Under the pieces are notes generated by a model. The model searched no databases. It was not told where the DNA came from and worked only from the letters and a program-made list of their open reading frames with translations. A stretch of DNA of 64,000 nt from Lobosporangium transversale (Eukaryota). The position numbers were made by a program, and so were the translations under genes. Shown here one piece after another: positions 53,257-64,000 of this stretch (position 1 is the stretch's first letter; the number at the start of each line of letters is the position of its first letter). Location: assembly GCF_002105155.1 (NCBI RefSeq), contig NW_019028992.1:744001-808000 (forward strand), read 5' to 3'.

Positions 53257-53914
53257 CTTTTTTTTTCTCTTCATTTCCTGCTGTTTGTGAAGCGAATGAC
53301 CAAGCCTGGACACAAAGGTCGCTATGCATGCAAATTCTTGAATTTTAGGTAATAGGATACTCAGGAAATTCAGGATTTTCAGAATGCAATTTTGTCCTCA
53401 CTTGGGTTTTAGTGCAATTGGGAGATCTTTTTAGGCTCGTAAGGGGCTTTACCGGCACAATGCTGTAAAATAGACGCAATTTACTTGTGCCCGTTCCTGA
53501 CCCTGAAGAAAAAATAGTCAGAATGAGTTGTCGAAATGTATCATCTCACGGCTATGTCATGGAGATCAAATCGTCAAACATTCATTTATCCTCCAGTTCA
53601 TTCGGGTTATGGCCCCATCTGATCTTCTAATCATTGAGTCAATCTGGTCGTACAAAACCTCCCATGACAACCCAATTGGTGAGCCAGTTACATTCCAGCT
53701 TATCCAAAGATCAGGGCGCGATCAAAACGAAATAGGACTATACATCTGCATCCAAGCATAGTCCATGAATGTGTTGTCTGTTTACATGACGAAAACCTTC
53801 ATTCATATCATGTAATTCAAAAGCTTTCGTTTTTATTAATCCGGTATCGTCCCTGTACAGTCTCATTTGGATCTGGAAATACTGGCAGGAATAGTTCGAG
53901 CGTCCCCTCCCATT

Positions 53915-53958
<44 letters not shown>

Positions 53959-53978
53959 CTTCTTGTTTTCCCCTCGTA

Positions 53979-55612
53979 CTAGTAGCACCAGACCTTTGGT
54001 CCAATGTTAAATGCGTTCACAGAATCCTTAAATCCTGGGAAAATCACCAGGGCCACTGTGCCCGCTGGGTTACTCTTGAGTGATGTTGCCATGGTCTCCT
54101 CATCAAATGGTATACCAAGAGGAACTGAGACAGGAGCAATGACGTTTTCGAGCCCTGTCATGGCTACAGCAAGCTCAAAGGCTTTGCTACAAAGATCACG
54201 GATTTTGGCGCCTTCGTTTGCGTTGGTATAGACTCTGGAGATAATTTCATTCAGCGCACTGGCTGCTGCTGTCACAGCTGCCTCCTGTCGGGCCTTAGTC
54301 TCTGGATCCTGAGTAATCATCACACAGAGCTGTTGACGCCAACGGACTGCAAGTCTGTCATTTCGTTTGTACATCCAATCGTAGATTTCCTTGAATCCCT
54401 TGTTGTAATCAAAGACGCAGCAGAGGGGCTTGTCAAAAAAGTTTTTGACGAGCGCAGACATCACGACTGATTCCATATAAAGGTTCAAATGGAAAGGCTC
54501 CAGAGTACATTCGTCCAGAGGGAAATCATCCAATAGTCCACTGGCTCTGAAGTGGTTGATGGCTGCAGTCCTGTTAAGGTTGACTGAACGAGTGCCTTGG
54601 GTCTTGCGGATTAAATGCTCAATAGCGGCCTTGAGATGGGTCAGGCGTTCATTGATTGTGGAATGATCATCATCTGTTGCACGGATCATCCGAACGTGTT
54701 CAAAAAAGTTTTTAGACATGACCTCATAGTCTTTATCCAGTTTAGTCATTTTTGATTGAAGATCCTGGTTTTGGTGTCTGAGTTCTTCATTAGCCCGAAG
54801 AAGACGATCACGTTCGGCCCTGATATTTTGTTGCTCCTCGAGTGCATCGTTGAGGTTGATTTGCAGACTGTTGGTAAGTGTATTGAGTTCGTCGATTCGG
54901 TTGATGAACGCCCTGGTTGTCGCCTCAGTTGCTGAAGAAGACGGCACAGGCGAGCTTTCTCGACTCAATGAGAGCTCCTCCATGGAGAGCTGCTGTTTCA
55001 AGATGGCCATACCCCGTAGTTCATTCTCTGTTAAATTGGCATTCTTTGATGTTGATCGAAAGGGTATACCTGTGACCTTGAAAGGTTGAGGAGCTTAGGG
55101 AAAATATGAATATAGTTAGTCAATCAATCAGGAATAATTTATACGCGTGTGTGTAAGGTCCTCGGACTTTTTTTTTTTTTTTCTTTCAATGTATTTTTAC
55201 CTTGGTCAAAGGACTTTCTGACGATTTCATAGGTCTCTTCGTCTTCTTCATCACTTTTGGCGAGATTAAGACTCCTTCGTGCTGAATGAGATTGGACAGG
55301 TGATGCCATAGTCACTGCGACAGTTGGTTTTTTGCCAGGGGCGAGAATGGGCGAAGTTGGGTCTGAGCCAGTCCTGGTACCTTTAGGTCCATTGCGATTG
55401 CCATTGTCATTGCCAAGAGGATCTGAGAGAGGCAGTGATTTGATTTCCAAGGTGGTTGGGGAAGGTAAGAGACCATTGCTCTTCCGCTTGGGTTCGTCGA
55501 AAACAGGCGCAGTATAGAACTCGGAGTTGGCCCTAGTTAGTAGTCTTGGCGAAGGGGGTGAAGAAGCATATTGTCGACGAGTATGTAGTGGTTGTTGTTT
55601 CAAAGTGGCCAT
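53979..55612 (-). CDS. Coiled-coil protein with a GrpE/Mieap/GIL1-like C-terminal beta domain; 2 exons (intron ~55201-55096)
   Basis: S/P-rich N-terminus, long heptad region, then helical domain ending GIPFDEETM...GTVALVIFPGFK...GPKVWCY; domain name is inferred. Confidence 0.82.
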
Positions 55613-57073
55613 CAGATGAATTTGAAAGAGTTGAAGAGAATGAGAATGAGAATGGAAATAAAATAAAAAAAAAAAAAAAAATTAAGGAAAAGAAAACTGA
55701 TGAAGAAAAAAGGAGAGAGGAGGAAGGAAAAAAAAAAAAAAAATCCAACTGATAGGAAGGAACGCGTTTTAGGAGAACCATGCTCAAGGTCATTAAAGCA
55801 TTGAATGAATATACTTCAGGTAAAAAGAGGCGAGTGCCTGTATTTTCTACTGGATTCCAATGCTAAACATTAACCCCCTCATTCCAATTAGGTATTGGTA
55901 GACCTAAGAGCATGAGGACAACAAGCCTTTTATACTTTTACAAGGATAAAAAAAAAAAAAAAGTTGGTGGCACCAATGCAAGGCCAACCATTTTTGTCGA
56001 CTTTTTCTTTGTACGATCGATTCTCGATTACTCGATGCTCAAAATATGAAATTGCAGAGGGAGGCAGTGCAGAGGCAAAGGATGTCCCAGCACGGTTAAA
56101 AGACAGAGTACAGAGTGGAGAGCAATGACGCACCAGTGGTGAGCAGTGGGTAAAATAAAAAAACGAAAAAGAACGTTGCGATGGTTTCTCCTAGGAAGGC
56201 AAAACCTATACACTTTGAGTCAACAACTCTGCAGAAATAAAAAATGAAGAAAGAAAAGAATAAAGGACAAAGGGGAGGTTCAAGAGTTCAACAAGGGGAG
56301 GAAAAGTCAAGAATCGAGTCCGAATCCTCCGTTCGTGGGCTGTGCAGAATTCATCGACCAATCCTGTTGATCCCTGTTCGCTCCATAGCCATTCAAAAGG
56401 CAAAAGGCATTGAAGTTTCTTATTTGGCCTATTTATATGGCGATGATTGCTAGACGATGCCAGGCAAGGGAAAGGATGTGTGTAAGTAAATGTAATACAG
56501 AAGAGTAGAAGGTCCTCCATTGTCGTCTTTTGTGGTCTTTTTGTTGTGTTTTGAAAGGAGAATAAGGCATGAGAAGTGATCAAGTCCAAGTAAACGATGT
56601 CCATGCATTGTCCTGGTATGGAAGTGTGTGTAAATGTGTGAGACATTGTTTGTATTTGTATTGTATTGACCTTGGTTCCTCTGCACGGCGCATCACTTGA
56701 TTTTTTTATCCTTTTCCCCTTTCTCTTTTTCTCTTTTCTCCCACTTCTCTCTTTCTCTCTTTCTCTCTCTTCGCTCTCATTCTCTTTCTTCTTCTTTCTT
56801 CTTCCTCCTTCATCCGTTCATTCTATTTCGCCACTTCGCTGGTCTTGGCTGTTTGCGAGCCCATTTCCTTCATTGACTTTTTGGTTAATCCTCCCTCTTC
56901 AACCCACTTTTATTTATTCATTCATTCCATTCATTCATTCATTCCTTCACATCCATCCTTTGATACAAACTTTTATCATAGATATTCAACCAACCGATAC
57001 ACATTCATCCCCACACTCTCTATCTGTCACACCTTGTTCCTTTTCCCCACCTCATTAAGCTCTATCCTCTGTA

Positions 57074-59136
57074 ATGCAACAGCAGCAGACCTTTAATCCA
57101 AAGGATTATCCCATCGTCGTTGCTATCGACTTTGGAACCACTTTCTCGTAAGTGTACAACCCTTGATTCCTTTCTTTTCCCTTTCCTTTCCTTTCCCTTC
57201 CCGAATCCAATGCACTTTTTTTTTTGTTTTTTTTTTTTTTTTTTTCCTTCCGTTCCTGGCTCTTCTCTTTCTTGCGCTGGTGCAACAAGCAATAAAACAA
57301 GGAACATAAAATACACATTCATTAATCTTTCATTCTATCTACCTGGGCTAACAACCTTTTTTGGGGGAAATATTTTTTTCTTTTTTATTCTCAGCGGATG
57401 TGCCTATGCTTATGCTCAGGATGACAAGGAAGTCATTGATATCACCAGCTGGTAAGCCCCTGTCTGTCTCGGTCAGGACTGAATGACAAAGCAGAAAATT
57501 CAACTTCGCCAATTGGATGACTAAATCTTTATTTCTTTTCTCCTTCCTTCCCCATGCTTCGATTGATGACTTTGTCAGGCCCAAACAAAACATCCAGTAC
57601 CCCAAGACACCAACACTCAACCTGTACAAAAAAGATGATCCCGAAAACAAGCTGGTAGCATGGGGCTGGCGCGCCAAGATGGAAACCCTCAAGCCCACCG
57701 CTCGACACCACACCCTTCTCTACCAATACAAACTTCATCTCGATGAGAACCAACAGAGTGGACCCCTTGACGTCAACATCACTGTTCTAGAAGCCATCTC
57801 TCATTACCTTGATGCTTTCCACGAGTACGTCGTAGGCGAGATTATGCGTGGATTCGCAAAGAACTTTCAGCGCGATCACTTCCGTTACTGTCTCACCGTT
57901 CCTGCCATGTGGTCTGACCGTGCTAAAAATGTCATGAGACAGGCTGCTGTCAAGGCAAAGTTGATCAAGGAATCCGACCACCCCGACCGTCTCATGCTCA
58001 TCTCCGAACCCGAGGCTGCTGCACTCTACTGCGAACGCAAATGCGACCAATTCGATCTTGGCAATGGCGACCGATTCATGATTTGTGATGCCGGTGGTGG
58101 AACTGTCGATTTGATCGTCTTTGAAATCGCCGTCACCTCTGCAGGACGTCGCCTGTCCGAGGTCACCAAGGGACATGGTGCCTCCTGTGGGTCCGTCTTC
58201 CTCGACAGACATATGCGCCGCTTACTTGAGCAAAAGTTTGGACATCACGCCGCCAATTTCCCCGCCAACATCATCCCCAACTTGGTCGACACCTTTGCTG
58301 ATGTAATCAAGCCTCAGTTTGATGGCTTAGAGGACCAGTTCTTACAACTCCCTGCCAACCGCTGTTTTGATGATTTGGAGGATCCCGAGGCTGTGGGCAT
58401 TGACGATGGATACCTTGTCCTCACCGCTGCGGAACTCAAGGAGAACGTATTCGAACCTGTAGTGAAGGATGTGCTATCATTGATTCAGGAACAACTCACA
58501 CAGGCAAAGGACTGCTCCGCCATCTTTTTGGTCGGAGGATTCGGCTCATCAAATTACCTCTACAGCCGTGTTAAAGCACAGTTCAGCAATCAAGTTCCCC
58601 TCATCTCCATTCCCCCTCGTCCAGAGTTGGCTGTCGTCCGTGGAGCTGTCTGTGTAGGTCTCAACCCCCGTGTAGTCACATCACGTATCGCACGTCGTTG
58701 CTACGGTATCTCATCGGATCAGCCCTTCGAGAAGGGTAAAGATCCCTTGGCCAAGCGCAAGTTCGAGGTCAATGGTGTTTGGTGCATTGATCGCTTCTCG
58801 CCCTATGTCCGAAAGGGTCAGAAGCTTAATGTGGACGAGTGTATCTCCAGAGAGTTCTCGTTCACGAAATACTCGGAAGCACCTGAGGACTACAACATTG
58901 CCTTGTATGCAGCAGACACAGATGGTGATCCGCCACGTTATACCACAGATGCTGGTGTCTCCAAGTTGGCAGACATCCCTATTCCATGCCCACACGCTCC
59001 CTCTGCACGTCTCGGTTCTATGGTCAAGGTCAAGGTCAATATGAACTTTGGACTGAACGAAATTCAAGCCGAGGCCGTCGTTGGAGACAAAGTCTACAGC
59101 ACGACTCTCCAATTCGATGCTGTAGATACATATTAA
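57074..59136 (+). CDS. HSPA12-type atypical Hsp70 (actin-like ATPase); exons 57074-57147, 57395-57451, 57579-59136
   Basis: VVAIDFGTTFS-GCAYA, YPKTPT, CLTVPAMW, ISEPEAAA, ICDAGGGTVD, CGSVFLD, FLVGGFGSS, AVVRGAV; no EEVD tail. Confidence 0.93.
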
Positions 59137-59215
59137 AAGATTATTTGGTTTATACAACACGGACTGGGTGCTCATTATCATTATCATTTCTGTTCTTCTC
59201 ACCAAAATAAAGTTT

Positions 59216-59260
<45 letters not shown>

Positions 59261-59342
59261 TCTTGGAACTTAGGGACTTAGGCGGACTTCCGAGCCTTGG
59301 GTCAATTCAATCGGCCAAACAAATCTCCAAAAGTTAATGCAC

Positions 59343-59384
<42 letters not shown>

Positions 59385-60550
59385 TGGTCTGGCGAAGGCA
59401 TTTGTGATGTGACATGGTTAGAGCAGTGTGCTTTGATAGATCTGTAGCGTTTGTGCCAAGTTCATGGCATTCTGACTGAAAGTGTGAGATATCGCTGTTT
59501 GTCTGCATCATGAGTTGATCAGCCGCAGTACATTTCCAGGCAGTATACAGAGCTATTGCCCTCACTTTGGGCCGAAAAGGAGCGTTAGATAGAAGCAATC
59601 TTTATTTGTTTTATTTCTCTATAGTAGCTCCATATGATGCCGGTACCATGATCGCATTACTTCTTAAAGAGCACACGGCACCTTTAACAAGTTAGTTCCT
59701 CCTATTAACTCAGAATAGAGTTCTGCTTTCTGTTCAAGAATATCACCACTGCAACACAAGCAATGATAATAAACAGCCATTTTATGCAGGAATCCCATAT
59801 AACACCGCACATATTTTATGTTAACGATTGTCTTTAATAGTAGTCCACTTAACTTTCAGTGAACAACAGTCCTGCACCATTCTCAGGGGCTTAATTAGAA
59901 TAGAAGCTTTTAAGGCAATCATAAACTGTAATCAAAGTTATATTATAGTAAAAGCGGAAAAAGAGATCAGTTGACATCTGGCACATTCAATTTTATAATC
60001 CTTTTCAAATGCCCCCTCCAATGATCATTCCAGTCCTCCTGAGGAGCAGTTGTAAGCAGAGGAATGAGCAAGTAGAGTGTGAACAAACGTTTATCTGAGG
60101 GAGTTCTTCGCGCACTAAAAGATGTGATTGGTTTTCACGTCACAATGACCAAGAAAATGGCACGTGGCTGATTTGAAAAATATATTTTCTCACACATAGC
60201 CTAACCTTGAAATAAAGGATCAAATTTATCAATAGCAATTGTCGCTCCTTTCTTCTCCTTTGCTTCACTTCATTTTTGCACTCTCCCTCTTCCTTTACCC
60301 TTTTTTTTCACTTTTTTCATATTTCACCCCAGTTTTGCTCCCATCAATTTTGCTCTTTTATTTATTCCAAGCCTTCATCTATTGCCTTCCTTTCCTTTCC
60401 TTTCCTTTTTTTTTTTGCCTTACGCATTTTTCATTTTTGTTTTCATACAGCGACCACGAGTGTGAAAGAGTATAGAATATACCTTTGCCAATTTAACCAT
60501 CATTCTCCCTGCATTTCAACCACACTCAGTCCCACTCATCTTAATTTTCA

Positions 60551-63040
60551 ATGGCCACCACAAGGAGCCAAGCACAAAAAAACATGGCTGCAAATAAGCC
60601 TGAGGATGCCTCCACACTCAATAAACGAAAAAGAGTAAACCAGCACCCACAACGAAAAAAGCGCGCCATCCCACTGCTGCTGCAGCTGAACTGCGTTGTT
60701 GAGGGAGAAGCAACGTCGTTCCCAGTAGAGATTTCCTCCGCTAAATCGGTCGGGATACTCAAGGAGGTCATCAAAGCAAAGAATGCCAATGCATTGAATA
60801 ATATCGACGCTCACCAACTCACCCTCTACAAGGTCTCCATCCCTGACGAAGACAAGACCGTCGTCGAGTCAGAAATCGAGTCAAAAGAGGCTCTCGCACC
60901 CGCGTCAATGGAGCTTTGGGAGATATTTAATTCTGAACTTCCAAGGAAAACTATCCATGTTTTTGTCAAGCCACCACGGCGAGGTATATCTTTGGCTCTT
61001 GATGGACTGATTGTTGACATTTCCAGCTGATGAAGCTTGGTTTATATCTTAAACGGCCATGTGCATGATATCACCATTTGGTTTGTGTCTTGATAACTCA
61101 ACGTTCTTTCTCATTATTCGCTTTTGATACTTAGCTCAGAAAAGAAAACAAGATGGAGATTCTGGTGAGTGCTTTTGGCCGAGAACCTGGTTATTGATCA
61201 TTTTAGAGTGATGTGCAATAAATCAAAAATATTGACTTTGATCACTCTATCTCCTTTATCAGAGTCACCCTCTAAAAAAGCTCGTCCAAGTATAAGTAGT
61301 AGAAGTGCTCTTAGGGATGCGATTACAGAAGCAGGGCTTGTAACGAAAGGGATAGTGAATGATAGGCCTGTAATCTCGCCTCTAAACTCGAAAGAGAGGG
61401 TCAAGGTGCTTTCGTACATGGGGGAGGAGTTATCAGGAGATAGTATTTACTACAGCATTGTTAGCGTGGCTTGCGAGCTCCGAAATTCTGGTGGTATCAA
61501 GGATTCCAAACTATTGACTGCTCCTGAGGGTTGTATCTTCCCTGTTGCCGGAACAAGGCATCTTTATATCAGAGATGAATATAAAAAGCTTTATGACCAT
61601 ATTACATCTACATTCAGTACCCCTCATGGAGCTAGTTTGAACCGACTCTTTGTCACTGGAACGCCTGGAATTGGGAAGTCAGCCTTTTTGGTCTATTTTG
61701 CCATCCGCCTCCTTGCAGAGCATGACGAGGAGAATCCACCGATTATTGTTTTCCATGAAAAGAAGAATACCGAATGTTATGCCTACGGAGGAACAACTTG
61801 CCAACGTTATGGAGAGAGAGTAGATTTCAAACATTTTCTTGAGCAACCTGAAACGTGGTATTTAGTTGACAGTGGTAACCATCCTCAACCAGATCAAGCC
61901 AGGACGATATTTGCGGCATCACCAAAAACTCTCTATGGGCAGTACGATGAATTCACCAAGGAAAATTCACGCAGTAGCTACTATCACATGTCACTCTGGA
62001 GTTTGGACGAGCTTAAGGAATGTAGAGCCAATGTAAAGTTTTTTCATCCAGTGGATGAAGAATTTTTGGAGGAGCTTTTTTACAAGTTGGGGGGAGTGCC
62101 AAGACAGGTCCTACAGGCTCCAGCCAAAGAACTATTCAAGAATCAAGGAGATATTAAGGGTGCTAGAGACTCTGCGTTTAGCCGCGTCGAAACTGCCATT
62201 GAAAAACTCCGGAACCCAGCAGATCTTGTAGCGCTCTTTGCACGAGGAAAAGAAGCGAGTGAATTTAGTGGTCGTTTACTCCATAGAGTCCCCACTTCTG
62301 ACCACCTCAACTTCCATCTGGTGTGGGCATCTCGTTGGGTTGAATTAAGGGTTGTCGACAAAATAAAAGATGACACTTGGCTCGATGTGTTGGCGAAACT
62401 TGTCAAAAGCGAAGAGGATATAGCTAAAGGCCCACTGTTTGAAGTCTATGCTCATCACTTATTTCGATGTGGTGATATTAGATTTCCCTTTAGGGATCTC
62501 CAGTCAGGCGAAACAGGATTTCTTGATTTTCCAGCAAACCCAGAAGTGGTGCATATCCGGACTTCAGATGAATTATTAGGGCTCACTCAAGCAGCTGGCA
62601 AGTTGTTTGTACCAGAACATTCTAAATTTCCGTGCATTGATTTTGCATTGGGACCCAACAAGCTATTTCAGGTCACAGTATCAGAGAAGCATCCGATCAA
62701 GCAAGCACCATTCAAGGAGATAATTGAATGTATTACTGGACCCTGCTTGAAGGGAGACCAATCAAAGTTGAAGGGAGACCGATCAGAGTCGAAGGGAGAC
62801 CGATCAGAGTCGAAGGGAGACCGATCAGAGTCGAAGGGAAGTGATGATACCATTTTCCTCTATTTTGTGGTGCCAGGAGACGTATATGGCGATTTTAAAG
62901 TTCAGAACTTTCTTACCACCAAAGATACGGTCGTCAAGAATCCATATGTATGCTTAAAACATGTAAGACAGCGTGTCATAAAAATCGACATCGAAGCTGC
63001 ATATTCAGGAGGAGCAGCCGGTACGAATCTGAAGAATTAA
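60551..63040 (+). CDS. Crinkler (CRN) family protein copy B; exons 60551-60983, 61135-61164, 61263-63040
   Basis: Same header/NTPase/REase motifs as copy A; GT-AG splicing gives ...KPPRR-AQKRKQDGDS-ESPSKKAR in frame. Confidence 0.92.
62750..62839 (+). repeat. 21-bp coding minisatellite (GAAGGGAGACCGATCAGAGTC), ~4 units, encoding KGDRSES
   Basis: Seen directly; only one unit is present at the equivalent site of copy A (~30030-30060). Confidence 0.92.
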
Positions 63041-64000
63041 ATCGAATACCAATCAAGTGGATGAAATTTTGTCTTTTTTAAAAAAAGCATTATACCCGTT
63101 CCTTGAGAATTTTTTACAATGGCTCATTCTTTATGAATGAAGCCATCATCATCCACTTACCTTTTAGACGAATAGATAGAGCGGTTTAATCCGTCCTGCC
63201 TTCTACTGGGGCATTTAGAACTTTATAAAGCTGTGATCATTATGCGATCTTGTGTGCAGGATTTTGTGATACTATTATCAAAGAGTTTTGTAAAAACGGA
63301 TAGAGATGAAGAATCCTGTGGAGAACCAGTGAGAGTATGATGAGACCCAAAATCATATTATTATCACCAGGACAGCTGGGAGTTTTTTTGGATCTCCAAA
63401 GAGTATGTGATGAGCCAATAAAGGGTTGTATGGTGCACAGAGATAACATCTTAATAGCATGATCAACTCAAGAGAATGTGTCAATATTCCTTCAAAAAGC
63501 TGAATGGCCTATATGAGGAATGAACAAATATTGACAGGGTATATTGCCTAGTTGATTATACGTGATGGAGCTACTTTTTTTTTTTTTGTAAATCGAAAAA
63601 TTATCAATGGAGACACTCGCACAGAAGACAAGTAACATTTAATAATTATCTAAATCTATCGTACTGGTTAAATTGCACTAATAACATACGCGTGACTTGA
63701 GTAAGAGAAGATCTTTGATGATCTTCATAACTAATCAGCATTACAAATTACAATGACAACCATATGCACCATTGAGAAAAAAAAAAAAAAAAAAAACGCT
63801 CCAAAGTAAGCTTTTGTTCAACAAATTATTACTATCCCTACAAACTATGCTCCTTGAGAAAAAAAAAAAATGTCTTCCATTGCTCTGAGTCGAAGAACTT
63901 GTTCCAGGAGAGGATGTGCTCCTACGGTCTTGCATTTTGTGAAAGATCTTTGATTACCTCTCCTACTCCATGTTAGGCCTTGTTCTAACTCTCAAGCCAT

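Larger units (their letters stand above)
59755..63549. repeat. Segmental duplication unit B, inverted and circularly permuted copy of 29477-33242
   Basis: Order is Y (59755-63379) then X (~63374-63549); unit A read in gene sense is X then Y. Confidence 0.92.

Noticed and set aside
51353..53352. Many Phe/Lys/Leu-rich ORFs (also at 1251-1784, 17948-19846 and 56666-57455)
   Set aside because: Translations of poly(T)/poly(A) and CT-rich intergenic or intronic tracts.
57787..59205. Antisense ORFs over the Hsp70-like gene
   Set aside because: Shadow frames of the well-supported plus-strand CDS.
59268..59303. TTAGGG-like sequence and small hairpin after the Hsp70 gene
   Set aside because: Only one true TTAGGG; not a telomeric array.
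29830..63040. The two inverted CRN units as giant TIRs of one 34-kb transposon
   Set aside because: The copies are permuted and internally divergent, no TSD is seen, and the interval contains ordinary-looking host genes.

Overview
Intron-rich, AT-rich eukaryotic DNA with very long poly(A)/poly(T) tracts. Gene content and protein style suggest an early-diverging fungus, probably Mortierellaceae (inference). 1-25.5 kb is mostly housekeeping genes: RPS22/uS8 3' end, ORM1, GTPBP1, RPL15, a cupin, ALG9, a PB1-SAM protein, Mss4/RABIF, an unusual DUF5572-like/crotonase-like/CP-repeat protein, a small secreted protein and CMC2. It also holds a decayed hAT transposase, a MITE and a tRNA-like element. 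About 25.6-46 kb is an accessory island: decayed and intact Crinkler (CRN) NTPase-REase genes, a structured 222-bp tandem repeat beside a PD-(D/E)xK-like gene, and two remnants of a family joining an XPG/FEN1-like PIN nuclease to a TnpB/Fanzor-type C-terminus. 46-64 kb holds a long low-complexity membrane protein, a head-to-head pair (coiled-coil/GrpE-Mieap-like gene plus HSPA12-type Hsp70), and a second, inverted CRN copy that is circularly permuted relative to the first. Exon boundaries were read by eye; family assignments come from motif recognition, not database searches.
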